The notes: generated by a model from the letters alone, not told the origin. A DNA stretch of 32,000 bases from Sinorhizobium meliloti (GCF_017876815.1 NZ_JAGIOS010000004.1:90001-122000), one strand, 5' to 3'; counted from the first letter of the stretch, positions 1 to 7,606 are shown. Program-made: numbers and translations.

Positions 1-839
1 AGGAATTGCGCGAGGCGATCGCTGCGGGCGACAAGGTCGTTGAACTCAATCCCGCTCTCGTAGAGGTCTCATTTATTCGGGATCGCATACCGCTCGAAGG
101 GGATCCGCAATTTGACGAGCTAAAGGCGTCGATCGCAGACAGCGGCCAGCAGGTGCCCATCCTCGTCAGGCCGCACCCCACTAGGACGAGCAACTATCAG
201 GCGGCATACGGCCACAGACGTCTGCGTGCTGCAGCCGACCTCGGCCGGCCCGTCAAGGCGATTGTTCGTAACCTGACTGATGAGCAAGTCATTCTCGCAC
301 AGGGCCAGGAGAACGGCCCTCGTGTTGACCTCAGTTTCATTGAACGGGCTCTGTTTGCACGCCGTTTGGAAGAACACGGGTTCGACCGCGATACGATTGC
401 CAAGGCATTGTCTGTCGACAAGCCGGAGATCTCCCGGCTGTTGCAAGTTGCTGAAGGTGTCCCATCTGAAATTATCCTGGCTGTAGGCCCGGCCCCGAAA
501 GTCGGGCGGCCGCGCTGGCTGGCTTTCGCCGAGAGGCTGAAGGATAGCGAGTCGACCAAACGGCTCGAGAAGGAAATTGAGGCGCCTGATTTTTCGGCGG
601 ACGAGACCAACAAGCGATTCGATCGTCTATGGAAAGCTATGACGGCAACCGAAAAAAGATCGAAGGATGTCGAAGCGGTGCGAACCAAAAAAGGCTTACC
701 TCTCGCATCAATCGAACGCAATGCCCGCGGTTCGAAGATCACGGTGACATCGGCAGAGTTCGCAGAATTCCTTTCCTCACACATGCATGAGTTAGTTGCG
801 AGGTTTGAGCAGGAAAAACACGGAACATCAGCGGACTGA
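1..839 (+). CDS. repB: RepB plasmid partitioning protein (ParB-like), 5' end cut by the window edge
   Basis: The translation has ParB/RepB-type blocks (QQVPILVRPHP, AAYGHRRLRAAADLGRPVKAIVRNLTDEQ, QGQENGPRVDLSFIERA, PEISRLLQVA). It lies directly upstream of repC. The reading frame is open to base 1, so the TTG at 6 is not the true start. Confidence 0.85.
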   Translation, partial: ELREAIAAGDKVVELNPALVEVSFIRDRIPLEGDPQFDELKASIADSGQQVPILVRPHPTRTSNYQAAYGHRRLRAAADLGRPVKAIVRNLTDEQVILAQGQENGPRVDLSFIERALFARRLEEHGFDRDTIAKALSVDKPEISRLLQVAEGVPSEIILAVGPAPKVGRPRWLAFAERLKDSESTKRLEKEIEAPDFSADETNKRFDRLWKAMTATEKRSKDVEAVRTKKGLPLASIERNARGSKITVTSAEFAEFLSSHMHELVARFEQEKHGTSAD

Positions 840-843
840 TTAA

Positions 844-859
844 ATTGTCAGCTGACAAT
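844..859. promoter_or_regulatory. Perfect 16-bp palindrome ATTGTCAGCTGACAAT, candidate parS centromere site
   Basis: The palindrome starts 5 bp after the repB stop. It matches 14 of 16 positions of the repABC parS consensus as I remember it (GTTNNCNGCNGNNAAC), and the two mismatches are the symmetric outermost bases. Confidence 0.45.
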
Positions 860-885
860 CGGAGCAAGTAGGAGATTAGAACCGC

Positions 886-941
886 AAAAGAAAAAGGCCC
901 CCCAAACGTCGCCGTCGTGGAAGCCTCTCTCATATCTAAGC
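886..941 (-). ncRNA. Candidate repABC counter-transcribed RNA (ctRNA) antisense to the repC leader
   Basis: The minus strand has CTTGAC (977-972), an 18-nt spacer and GATTCT (953-948). The predicted start is near 941. A stem AGGCUUCC/GGGGGCCU (926-919 pairs with 902-895, including two G-U pairs) is followed by UUUUCUUUU running to about 886. The predicted length of about 56 nt fits known repABC ctRNAs. Confidence 0.5.
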
Positions 942-1035
942 AATCTGAGAATCGCATTTCCCCGAATCCCCGTCAAGAGTCTTTGGCGCCGTTTTTGGTG
1001 AGCGGATTTCTTTTGCCTTCTGAAAGGTGAAGGAA

Positions 1036-2250
1036 ATGCAGGTTGGAAATGTGACGACGCCCTTCGGGCGGCGGTCGGTTACGCTTGCCCAAATTAAAGG
1101 GCAGATGCGGACGGCCGAAATAAAAGCCGGCAAGAAAGCCGACAAATGGAAGGTGTTTCACGACGCTTGCGATGCGAGGGCGGTGCTCGGCATCCAGGAC
1201 CGTGCTCTGGCGGTCCTGGATGCGCTGTTGACGTTCTACCCGGACAACGAGCTTTGCGAGGAGCGGGGTCTCGTTGTATTCCCGTCGAACGACCAGCTTT
1301 CGGTCCGCGCACACGGCATCGCCGGCACGACTCTGCGCCGGCATCTTGCCGCGCTTGTCGACGCCGGCCTGATCCAGCGCAAGGACAGCGCCAACGGTAA
1401 GCGCTACGCCCGGAAGGACGAAACTGGCGGAATCGAAGAGGCGTTCGGCTTCAGCCTAGCGCCGCTGCTTGCGCGCGCCGAGGAGCTCGCGCACGCCGCG
1501 CAGCAGGTGGCGGCCGAGCGCAAGCGGTTCCGCATCACTAAGGAAGCGCTGTCGATCTGCCGGCGCGACGTCCGCAAGTTGATCAGCGCTGCGGCAGAGG
1601 AGGGGGCTGCCGGCGACTGGGGACACATCGAGGAGATGTTCCTCGGCCTGACCGGGCGTATCCCCCGCACGCCGACGGTTGCCGACCTACAGCAAATCCT
1701 CGAGGAAATGGAGATGCTGCGCGAGGAAATCATCAACCGGCTGGAAATTCAGGAAAATTCCGAAAATATGGACAGCAATGCTGTTCAAAATGAACGTCAC
1801 TTACAGAATTCAAATACCGAATCCAGCAATGAACTTGAACCTAGCTCCGGAAAAGAGCAGGGGGCGAAATCGAGCCAAGCCATCCGGCCGACAAAAGAGC
1901 CGACAAAGGCATTTCCGCTTGGTATGGTGCTGCAGGCATGCCCAGGTATCCGCGACTATGGGCCGAGCGGTAATGTCGAAAGCTGGCGAGACCTGATGTC
2001 GGCTGCGGTGGTTGTCCGATCGATGCTCGGCGTCAGCCCCAGCGCCTATCAGGACGCCTGCGAGATCCTTGGACCGCAGAACGCCGCGGCGGTTGTCGCC
2101 TGTATCCTCGAAAGGGCAGGGCACATAGAGAACGCCGGCGGCTACTTGCGCAATCTGACACGCAAGGCTACCTGCGGCGAGTTCTCGCTTGGGCCAATGT
2201 TGATGGCGTTGTTGCGGGCGAACGGCGCCACGGGCCGTAAGGCTTCGTAG
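1036..2250 (+). CDS. repC: RepC replication initiator
   Basis: The N-terminus (MQVGNVTTPFGRR) and internal blocks (DKWKVFHDACDARAVLGIQDRALAVLDALLTFYP, VVFPSNDQLSVRAHG, TLRRHLAALVDAGLIQRKDSANGKRYARKD) are typical of RepC. ATG 1036 is preceded by AAGGA; an in-frame GTG at 1027 is an alternative start. Confidence 0.9.
   Translation: MQVGNVTTPFGRRSVTLAQIKGQMRTAEIKAGKKADKWKVFHDACDARAVLGIQDRALAVLDALLTFYPDNELCEERGLVVFPSNDQLSVRAHGIAGTTLRRHLAALVDAGLIQRKDSANGKRYARKDETGGIEEAFGFSLAPLLARAEELAHAAQQVAAERKRFRITKEALSICRRDVRKLISAAAEEGAAGDWGHIEEMFLGLTGRIPRTPTVADLQQILEEMEMLREEIINRLEIQENSENMDSNAVQNERHLQNSNTESSNELEPSSGKEQGAKSSQAIRPTKEPTKAFPLGMVLQACPGIRDYGPSGNVESWRDLMSAAVVVRSMLGVSPSAYQDACEILGPQNAAAVVACILERAGHIENAGGYLRNLTRKATCGEFSLGPMLMALLRANGATGRKAS
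1741..1845. other. AT-rich tract inside repC, candidate oriV
   Basis: A roughly 100-bp stretch (ctggaaattcaggaaaattccgaaaatatgg...cagaattcaaataccgaatccagcaatgaacttgaac) is far more AT-rich than the rest of the GC-rich gene. It contains repeated GAAAATTC/GGAAATTC/GAATTC motifs and a GAATC site. In repABC plasmids the origin has been mapped to an AT-rich segment within repC. Confidence 0.4.
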
Positions 2251-2256
2251 CGTCCC

Positions 2257-2937
2257 CTACGTCTTTGCGCCAGTGCAGATGGTTTCCAGGAGTTCAATCG
2301 TCATTGACTGAGCCACGCGCGGAATATCGGAGAAGCCCTCTCGGTACAGAAGTCTCGTCATGATGGTTTCCGCGAACCGCGGGTTCATCTGGCGAGCAAC
2401 TTTTAGCGCCGCCTCGCATTTATCGTGGAAGGCCTTTAAGGCCTCATCGAGGTACTCCACGCCGTGAGTTTTCATGACGCAAGCGATGTCGAACATGTCG
2501 CGGGGCTGCATCGCGGCACCGCGGTAGTAAACCTTCTTGGCGATGATCTCGCCGGGGGTCTCGAGCAGAACGTGTCGTCCGCGCACCTCCGCTCTCACCG
2601 TCGGATTGCCGGTCAGGCTAGGGGCACAGATAAAGTCGATTTCGCCAACGTTCTCGAAAACAATCTTCAATGTCCGCGATCCATCGGACTCATAGCCGTC
2701 AGGGTTGATGTCGAGAGCGTATCCCTGTGTCTTCGGATTCAGGTATGGCAGAAGTTGCGGATCATCGAGGAAGATGTCGACGTCGAAACTCTCACGGTGA
2801 TCGATCTGGAGCATCAGGGCTGTACCGCCCCCAAAAGTCCAACTGTCGATCATAGCAAGTTCGGAGTTTGCTTGTTCGATGATGCGGCAAGCCTGTTCAA
2901 ACAGGTCGCTCCATCTGCTGACCGGGTGTTCGACCAA
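2257..2937 (-). CDS. Nucleotidyltransferase AbiEii/AbiGii-family toxin (DUF1814-like, type IV TA / abortive infection)
   Basis: The minimal NTase signature is present in WTFGGGTALMLQIDHRESFDVDIFLDD (GG[ST]AL then hRxSxDvD). Length is about 226 aa. Only a TTG start is available, immediately after the stop of the upstream small gene. Confidence 0.7.
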   Translation of the reverse strand: MVEHPVSRWSDLFEQACRIIEQANSELAMIDSWTFGGGTALMLQIDHRESFDVDIFLDDPQLLPYLNPKTQGYALDINPDGYESDGSRTLKIVFENVGEIDFICAPSLTGNPTVRAEVRGRHVLLETPGEIIAKKVYYRGAAMQPRDMFDIACVMKTHGVEYLDEALKAFHDKCEAALKVARQMNPRFAETIMTRLLYREGFSDIPRVAQSMTIELLETICTGAKT

Positions 2938-3207
2938 CTACGCCGCCCGCGCCAAAGGGAGGGAATAGCCAGCAAGTGCCGAGAACTTCCGCGCTAGATC
3001 GGAGGCGGCCATGGGATCAACGTGCATTTCGTCCAGAAACGAGATCTGAAGACTTTCGTCGACCTCGGAAAAGAAGGAAAATGCTGAAGGATCGAAAGAG
3101 ACTGCGCTGGCAGGATCGGAAATCTTCGCCGCCAGCTGCTCAGCCGAAAGGGTCGTCCCATAAGGGGCGTTGACAGTGGACAGAACCTTTACTGCAACGA
3201 TCGACAT
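2938..3207 (-). CDS. Small hypothetical protein (89 aa) abutting the AbiEii gene, candidate non-canonical antitoxin
   Basis: ATG 3207 is preceded by AGGAAG. Its TAG stop is directly followed by the toxin start. I see no recognisable wHTH or AbiEi domain. I trimmed it from the 200-aa ORF 2938..3540, whose N-terminal 111 aa look like non-coding shadow. Confidence 0.4.
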   Translation of the reverse strand: MSIVAVKVLSTVNAPYGTTLSAEQLAAKISDPASAVSFDPSAFSFFSEVDESLQISFLDEMHVDPMAASDLARKFSALAGYSLPLARAA

Positions 3208-3252
3208 CTTCCTGAACCATAGAACACCTGGAATTCTACATATACCGCGGCG

Positions 3253-3576
3253 ATGTTTGCGAAACAAGGATCGCAGGTGAGGAGGTCGACTCCGGCGAAC
3301 TTGAGTTCTGTCGGGGCCGCACGCGACGGCGCAGGCCAGGCCGAGCTGGAGAGCTTGAAAGCACAACTGGAGGCGGCACGACACGCAGCCGGCGAGGCGA
3401 TCGGCGTGTTCTACGATCCCCGCCAGAACGCCGAGCACGCCGCCGACCTGCAACGCTCGCATAGCTTGAGGGAAGAGATGGCGTCGCCGATGCAGCGTGC
3501 TGAGGCCTGGGGCAGGGCAGCATCGGGTGCTGACGAGCACGATAGATCGGCGGCGGAAGCGGAGCCGGAAGAATAG
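3253..3576 (+). CDS. Hypothetical Ala/Glu-rich protein (uncertain)
   Basis: The ORF has a coiled-coil-like segment (AELESLKAQLEAARHAAGEA). An in-frame GTG at 3277 has a better AAGGA ribosome site than ATG 3253. No family was recognised. Confidence 0.2.
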   Translation: MFAKQGSQVRRSTPANLSSVGAARDGAGQAELESLKAQLEAARHAAGEAIGVFYDPRQNAEHAADLQRSHSLREEMASPMQRAEAWGRAASGADEHDRSAAEAEPEE

Positions 3577-3624
3577 GGGTCGTTTGAGAACCGAGCCGAT
3601 GCAGTCTTCGGGGCTTAGTTACGC

Positions 3625-4782
3625 TTAGACGATCAGCCGGGCCGCCCGTCCATTCTTTCGTTCCGCATTGTTGTAATAGCTGGCCGCCTGGGTCACCGAT
3701 TTGTGCAGCGACTGCTGCATCGCCTCTGGAAGAGGGATGCCGCGGTTGGCAGCCTCGGTCAGATAGCCGGATCTCAGCCCATGGGCCGAAAACAGCGCCG
3801 GATCAAGGCCGGCCTGTTCACAGCGTGCTTTCAGGACCAGATTGACAGACTGCGGCGTCAGCGCCCGTCGGTCGATGTTGCCCCACTGATCGATGCGCCG
3901 GAACACCGGGCCGTCCTTGATTTGCGCGTCGGACAGCCATCGCTTCAACACGGTCACCGGCCGGCCGATCAACAGCACATGTTCGTTCTCATCGGCGGTC
4001 GTCGTCTTGGTGCGGCCGAGGCGGATCGACAGGCAGGGCAGGGGAGGGGAGTTTTCGTCGGCGGGATTGGCGCGCACCGGCTCCTCGTCGGCGAGATCCT
4101 CGACGCGCAGCGCCGCCACTTCCGAACGGCGCCGGCCGCCGGAAGCGAAGGCGGCTAAAAGCAGTGCCCGGTCGCGTGCATCCACAAGTCTATCACCGGC
4201 GCAGGCCTCAAGCAGTTTCGTCAGGATATCGAGGGTTACCGCCTTCTTGCTCTTGCGCTGGCGCGGGCGGTTGCTCGCCTTGACCGCCAGCCTCACTGCG
4301 CTCTTCAGCGACGGTGCACCGAAGGCGCCGGTGAAACCGCGCCAACGGGTGAGGATCGACCAGGAGGTCAGCCGCCGCCGCACCGTGCCCGGCGCGTGTG
4401 GCCCGTCGGCCCTGAGCAGGCGCTCGGCGCGCAATCCGACCTCGACATCCGCTGGCATGCCATGGCTCGAATCCTCGGCGCGCTTGACCGGATCCCAGAG
4501 GTGATGGGCGACGAACTTCAGGAGCAGTGCTTCCGGCGCCGGCCAGGGGAGGGGGTCACCGGTGGCGAGGCGGCACCAGGCCTCGAGGTAACCGAGGTCG
4601 GAGGCCAGCGCGCGTAGCGTATTCTCGCCCATGCCCTCCTGCGCCAGGTGTTTGAGTGTGGCGACGTCGTCGTCAGTCAGCAGCGCGGCGAGCTGGTCGC
4701 GGCGGTCGAAGGGCAGGATGGCGTCGAGCGCGTCGAGTTCTTCGGCGCGGCTGGCAATGGGTGTCGATGGCACGATCGTCAT
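3625..4782 (-). CDS. Tyrosine recombinase / site-specific integrase
   Basis: The catalytic pattern is present: GGRRRSEVAALRVEDL (Arg), HGLRSGYLTEAA (HxxR) and LHKSVTQAASYYNN (His and Tyr). The start overlaps the upstream stop as ATGA (4779-4782). Confidence 0.85.
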   Translation of the reverse strand: MTIVPSTPIASRAEELDALDAILPFDRRDQLAALLTDDDVATLKHLAQEGMGENTLRALASDLGYLEAWCRLATGDPLPWPAPEALLLKFVAHHLWDPVKRAEDSSHGMPADVEVGLRAERLLRADGPHAPGTVRRRLTSWSILTRWRGFTGAFGAPSLKSAVRLAVKASNRPRQRKSKKAVTLDILTKLLEACAGDRLVDARDRALLLAAFASGGRRRSEVAALRVEDLADEEPVRANPADENSPPLPCLSIRLGRTKTTTADENEHVLLIGRPVTVLKRWLSDAQIKDGPVFRRIDQWGNIDRRALTPQSVNLVLKARCEQAGLDPALFSAHGLRSGYLTEAANRGIPLPEAMQQSLHKSVTQAASYYNNAERKNGRAARLIV

Positions 4783-5117
4783 CGCGGCAGCCTGTCTTCG
4801 TCATAGAGATCATCGTGCGCCGACGTCATATCATGTTCCCGCCTCGGCTTTCCTTCCGCAGCGAGCATCCAAACCGCGTCGACCGAAGAGACTTTTCCAT
4901 CCTCAACCAGTTTGCTGCCCGGGCGGTGGGCCGTGTCAGGAAGAGTCCCTGCGATTTCATCTGAGGGGGAATCATCCCCTCCCGAAAAGAAGCTGAGCTG
5001 AGCTATAGGCCATCCGGCCCGGCACACATAGACTTCGTCCTGCCGGCACGCCAAATCGATCAGCTCTTCCAGCCGTTCTGCCGCCTCCTCGACGTCTATG
5101 AATATCTTCATCGGCAT
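4779..5117 (-). CDS. Phd/YefM-like antitoxin-domain protein with no toxin of its own
   Basis: The N-terminus MPMKIFIDVEEAAERLEELIDLACRQDEVYVCRAGWPIAQL has the antitoxin fold pattern (helix, then xVxIxRxGxPVAxL). The acidic tail ends HDDLYDEDRLPR. ATG 5117 lies 2 nt after the VapC stop (5111 is an alternative). The 3' end overlaps the integrase ATG. Confidence 0.5.
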   Translation of the reverse strand: MPMKIFIDVEEAAERLEELIDLACRQDEVYVCRAGWPIAQLSFFSGGDDSPSDEIAGTLPDTAHRPGSKLVEDGKVSSVDAVWMLAAEGKPRREHDMTSAHDDLYDEDRLPR

Positions 5118-5119
5118 CG

Positions 5120-5497
5120 CTACCAAACCCGTTCATGCAGCACCGCATCGAAGGCGCCGTCGACTGAAACAAGGGCGCAATGTTCGAGCCGCGCCTGTGC
5201 GGCGAGTATGCGGTCCCACGGATCGCGGTGATCCCATTCGAAAGCGGCCGCCAGTTCGGCATGCAAATCGGTGATGGCAAGGGTCTGCAAACCGCTAACC
5301 GAGACTGCGGCACGCAACTCCTGTGGTTTGAGATCAAGCTTTTTCAGCCGCATCTTGTTGTCCAGCTCGTAGAAGGAGACAGCGCTGACAAGGATGGTGT
5401 TTGCCTTGTCCTCAATCAGCGATCGTGCCGTTAAGGAAAGGCGGTCACTGCCGATTGTCCACCAGTAGACCGCGTGGCTGTCGAGCAGCACCTTCAT
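5120..5497 (-). CDS. vapC: PIN-domain ribonuclease toxin VapC
   Basis: MKVLLDSHAVYWW supplies the N-terminal Asp, SFYEL the Glu, and HRDPWDRILAAQA the typical DPFDRxLxAQA block. Length is 125 aa. It overlaps the upstream antitoxin as ATGA. Confidence 0.8.
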   Translation of the reverse strand: MKVLLDSHAVYWWTIGSDRLSLTARSLIEDKANTILVSAVSFYELDNKMRLKKLDLKPQELRAAVSVSGLQTLAITDLHAELAAAFEWDHRDPWDRILAAQARLEHCALVSVDGAFDAVLHERVW

Positions 5498-5784
5498 TTG
5501 GAGGTCTCGCGGCCGTCGGGTCCGCCCCGCCAGATGCCGACATCGTCATTCCAGTCGCCGGCGTCGATTGCAGCCTGCTCAGCGTCGACCTCGTCGAACA
5601 GGTCATCAGGCAGACCGCGCTGGCGAAGGAGGCCGAAGGGGCGTTTTCCGCCATCGGCCGGCCCGATGCGTGCATAGACTTCGTTGCCGCGCATAATCGT
5701 GATTTCCTCGCCCTGGTTGGCGCGTTCGAGCACCTCGGCGAAATGCTTGCGGGCTTCACTGATCTTGTACGTGGTCTGGGGCAT
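5494..5784 (-). CDS. Phd/YefM-family antitoxin
   Basis: KISEARKHFAEVLERANQGEEITIMRGNEVYARIGP followed by RPFGLLRQRGLPDDLFDE is a typical Phd/YefM layout. It is the first gene of the operon. Confidence 0.8.
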   Translation of the reverse strand: MPQTTYKISEARKHFAEVLERANQGEEITIMRGNEVYARIGPADGGKRPFGLLRQRGLPDDLFDEVDAEQAAIDAGDWNDDVGIWRGGPDGRETSK

Positions 5785-5814
5785 CAGGGCCTCCGTCGTT
5801 CGACGCGTATGGCC

Positions 5815-5886
5815 ACCATATCAATGGTTTGAGAAGCGTACAACCACGATGTACATCGCACTATCGATACTTGAATACTATCGATA
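5815..5886 (-). promoter_or_regulatory. Candidate TA-operon promoter plus tandem operator repeats
   Basis: The minus strand reads TTGTAC (5843-5838), 17 nt, then TATGGT (5820-5815), about 30 nt upstream of the Phd ATG. Just upstream are two copies of ACTATCGATA (5860-5869 and 5877-5886, 17 bp apart). Each contains the palindrome TATCGATA. Confidence 0.4.
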
Positions 5887-6127
5887 ATGATCGCATGCGG
5901 GAAATCGGCGTCCGTGTGGCGGAAGCATGAGGCGGGATAGCTTCCGTTTGTGAAATTTGAGGCGTCAATTCACGTGCTTAACGATACGTAGAACCTTCCC
6001 GTCTTGGCCTTTGACGAAGTGCCGGTCAATGAATTCGGTGACGGTAGCAGGGGTGCAGGTCTGGCTACCCAAGGTCGTGAAATTAATGCAGTAATGGTGG
6101 GAACTGGGCCAGCGAGGGGGCGGAGGA

Positions 6128-7606
6128 ATGGCTACCTATTTTCACGAATACTTCGGCGTAAGTCGCGATTCCGTAGACGACTACGGCGCGTTCAATGTGT
6201 CGATCATCAACGATCTCCCCTTGTTCATTGACCCATTTTTGCTCTTCCATAGCTCGAACGCGGAGTATCAAAACCTTCACGAGTCCATCCTCCAGTATAT
6301 TCGGTTCCTGCGGGACGAGGTCGTCGCCGGCAGAGTGAACCGTGACCGGATCAAGGCTTGGTTTCATTTTCCGGAGGTGCGGCAAAACTGGCTGGGATTT
6401 TCCTTGGTCGGTAACGGCGGTTCTGGGCTCGGCAGAGCATTTGCTAATTCGCTTAGCGAGAACCTTGCGGAACTTTTCGCGGATTTTGGCGCCGAAAAGG
6501 TATCGAAGAGCAGCCATCTTGAGAAAGTTTGCCTAGTTCGGGACGGCGTGGGCCGCGACAACATCAGCGACTTCACCACTAACCTAATTATGGACTTCCT
6601 GTGCCGCTATACGGAGACATTCGCAGTCGCCAACATCGACCCCAAGCTGCTCAGGAAGGTGTGGGTCAACAAGGCGATGTTCAACTACGGTACAGGCACC
6701 TGGCAACGGCGACAGTATACCCTTCCGTGGCTCGCCCGTGAAAACGACTTTGTGCTGCTGACGCCCAAGGACATTCTGACTCGCGAGGAAAACTGGATAA
6801 ACCGCACAGATATGATCCGGGACTTTGAAGAGATTCCAATGGCCATCCCAGACGCCGAGCTCCGTGGCCAGGTCTTCGCCTATTTCGAGAAGGAGCTTGC
6901 GAGGCCGGCGGAAGGTGAAGTTACGCAGCGCCAGCTCGACGAGGCAGCCGCCAAGACGTTCATCAAGTTTCCGCTCCTGGTGGACTACTACATAAAACAC
7001 AAGGAACAGACCGGCCAAAAGGCCGTCAACATCAGCTCCGACCGCGTGAGTGAAACGCGCTTGGTTTTCGAGGAGCACGTGCGGGAAATGCAAAGGCTCC
7101 TCGCCGAAGTAACCGGTTTCTATACCTTGCCCGGGGGCACCTACGAGGAAACACACCAGCGACTGGCGTTTCTAAAAGACGTCATCGAGAACAAGGGCGG
7201 GCACCGGATTTTCTGGCACAACGGTAAGGCCATTCAACGGGAGCAGGATCTGCATGTGCTGACTCGCCTCATCTGGTTTGGCTCCCCATCGGATGTCGGA
7301 GCAGAAGCCAACGACGGCCGCGGCCCGGTCGACTATAAAATATCACGTGGCGCCTTCGACAAGACGTTGATTGAAATGAAACTCGCCAAAAACACCGCGC
7401 TCCGGCGCAACCTTGAAAAGCAGCTACCGATCTACCAAGCCGCCAGCGACGCGAAACACGGGATCAAGGCGATCATCTACTTTACGTTAGAGGAAAAAAT
7501 GCGGGTCACTGCCATTCTGAAGGATCTCGAGATCGATGGGCATGCCGACATTGTGTTGATTGACGCCCGCATCGACAACAAACCTTCAGCGTCGAAAGCG
7601 GCGTAG
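6128..7606 (+). CDS. Uncharacterised 492-aa protein with a C-terminal RecB/Cas4-like PD-(D/E)xK nuclease motif set
   Basis: This is a long clean ORF with a G-rich ribosome site before ATG 6128. Ordered motifs are REQDLHVL (E), GRGPVDYKIS (D, codon at 7331), LIEMKLAK (ExK, 7373-7381) and KQLPIYQ (QxxxY, Y at 7433). About 13 residues separate successive motifs. I cannot assign the N-terminal roughly 370 aa to any family. The gene is visibly AT-richer than its neighbours. Confidence 0.75.
   Translation: MATYFHEYFGVSRDSVDDYGAFNVSIINDLPLFIDPFLLFHSSNAEYQNLHESILQYIRFLRDEVVAGRVNRDRIKAWFHFPEVRQNWLGFSLVGNGGSGLGRAFANSLSENLAELFADFGAEKVSKSSHLEKVCLVRDGVGRDNISDFTTNLIMDFLCRYTETFAVANIDPKLLRKVWVNKAMFNYGTGTWQRRQYTLPWLARENDFVLLTPKDILTREENWINRTDMIRDFEEIPMAIPDAELRGQVFAYFEKELARPAEGEVTQRQLDEAAAKTFIKFPLLVDYYIKHKEQTGQKAVNISSDRVSETRLVFEEHVREMQRLLAEVTGFYTLPGGTYEETHQRLAFLKDVIENKGGHRIFWHNGKAIQREQDLHVLTRLIWFGSPSDVGAEANDGRGPVDYKISRGAFDKTLIEMKLAKNTALRRNLEKQLPIYQAASDAKHGIKAIIYFTLEEKMRVTAILKDLEIDGHADIVLIDARIDNKPSASKAA

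Noticed and set aside
2938-3540. Full 200-aa ORF upstream of the AbiEii toxin as a canonical-length AbiEi antitoxin
   Set aside because: The N-terminal 111 aa are Cys/Arg/Leu-rich and lack helix-turn-helix character. They are antisense to a more protein-like plus-strand ORF. The internal ATG at 3207 has a ribosome site, so I kept only the 89-aa version.
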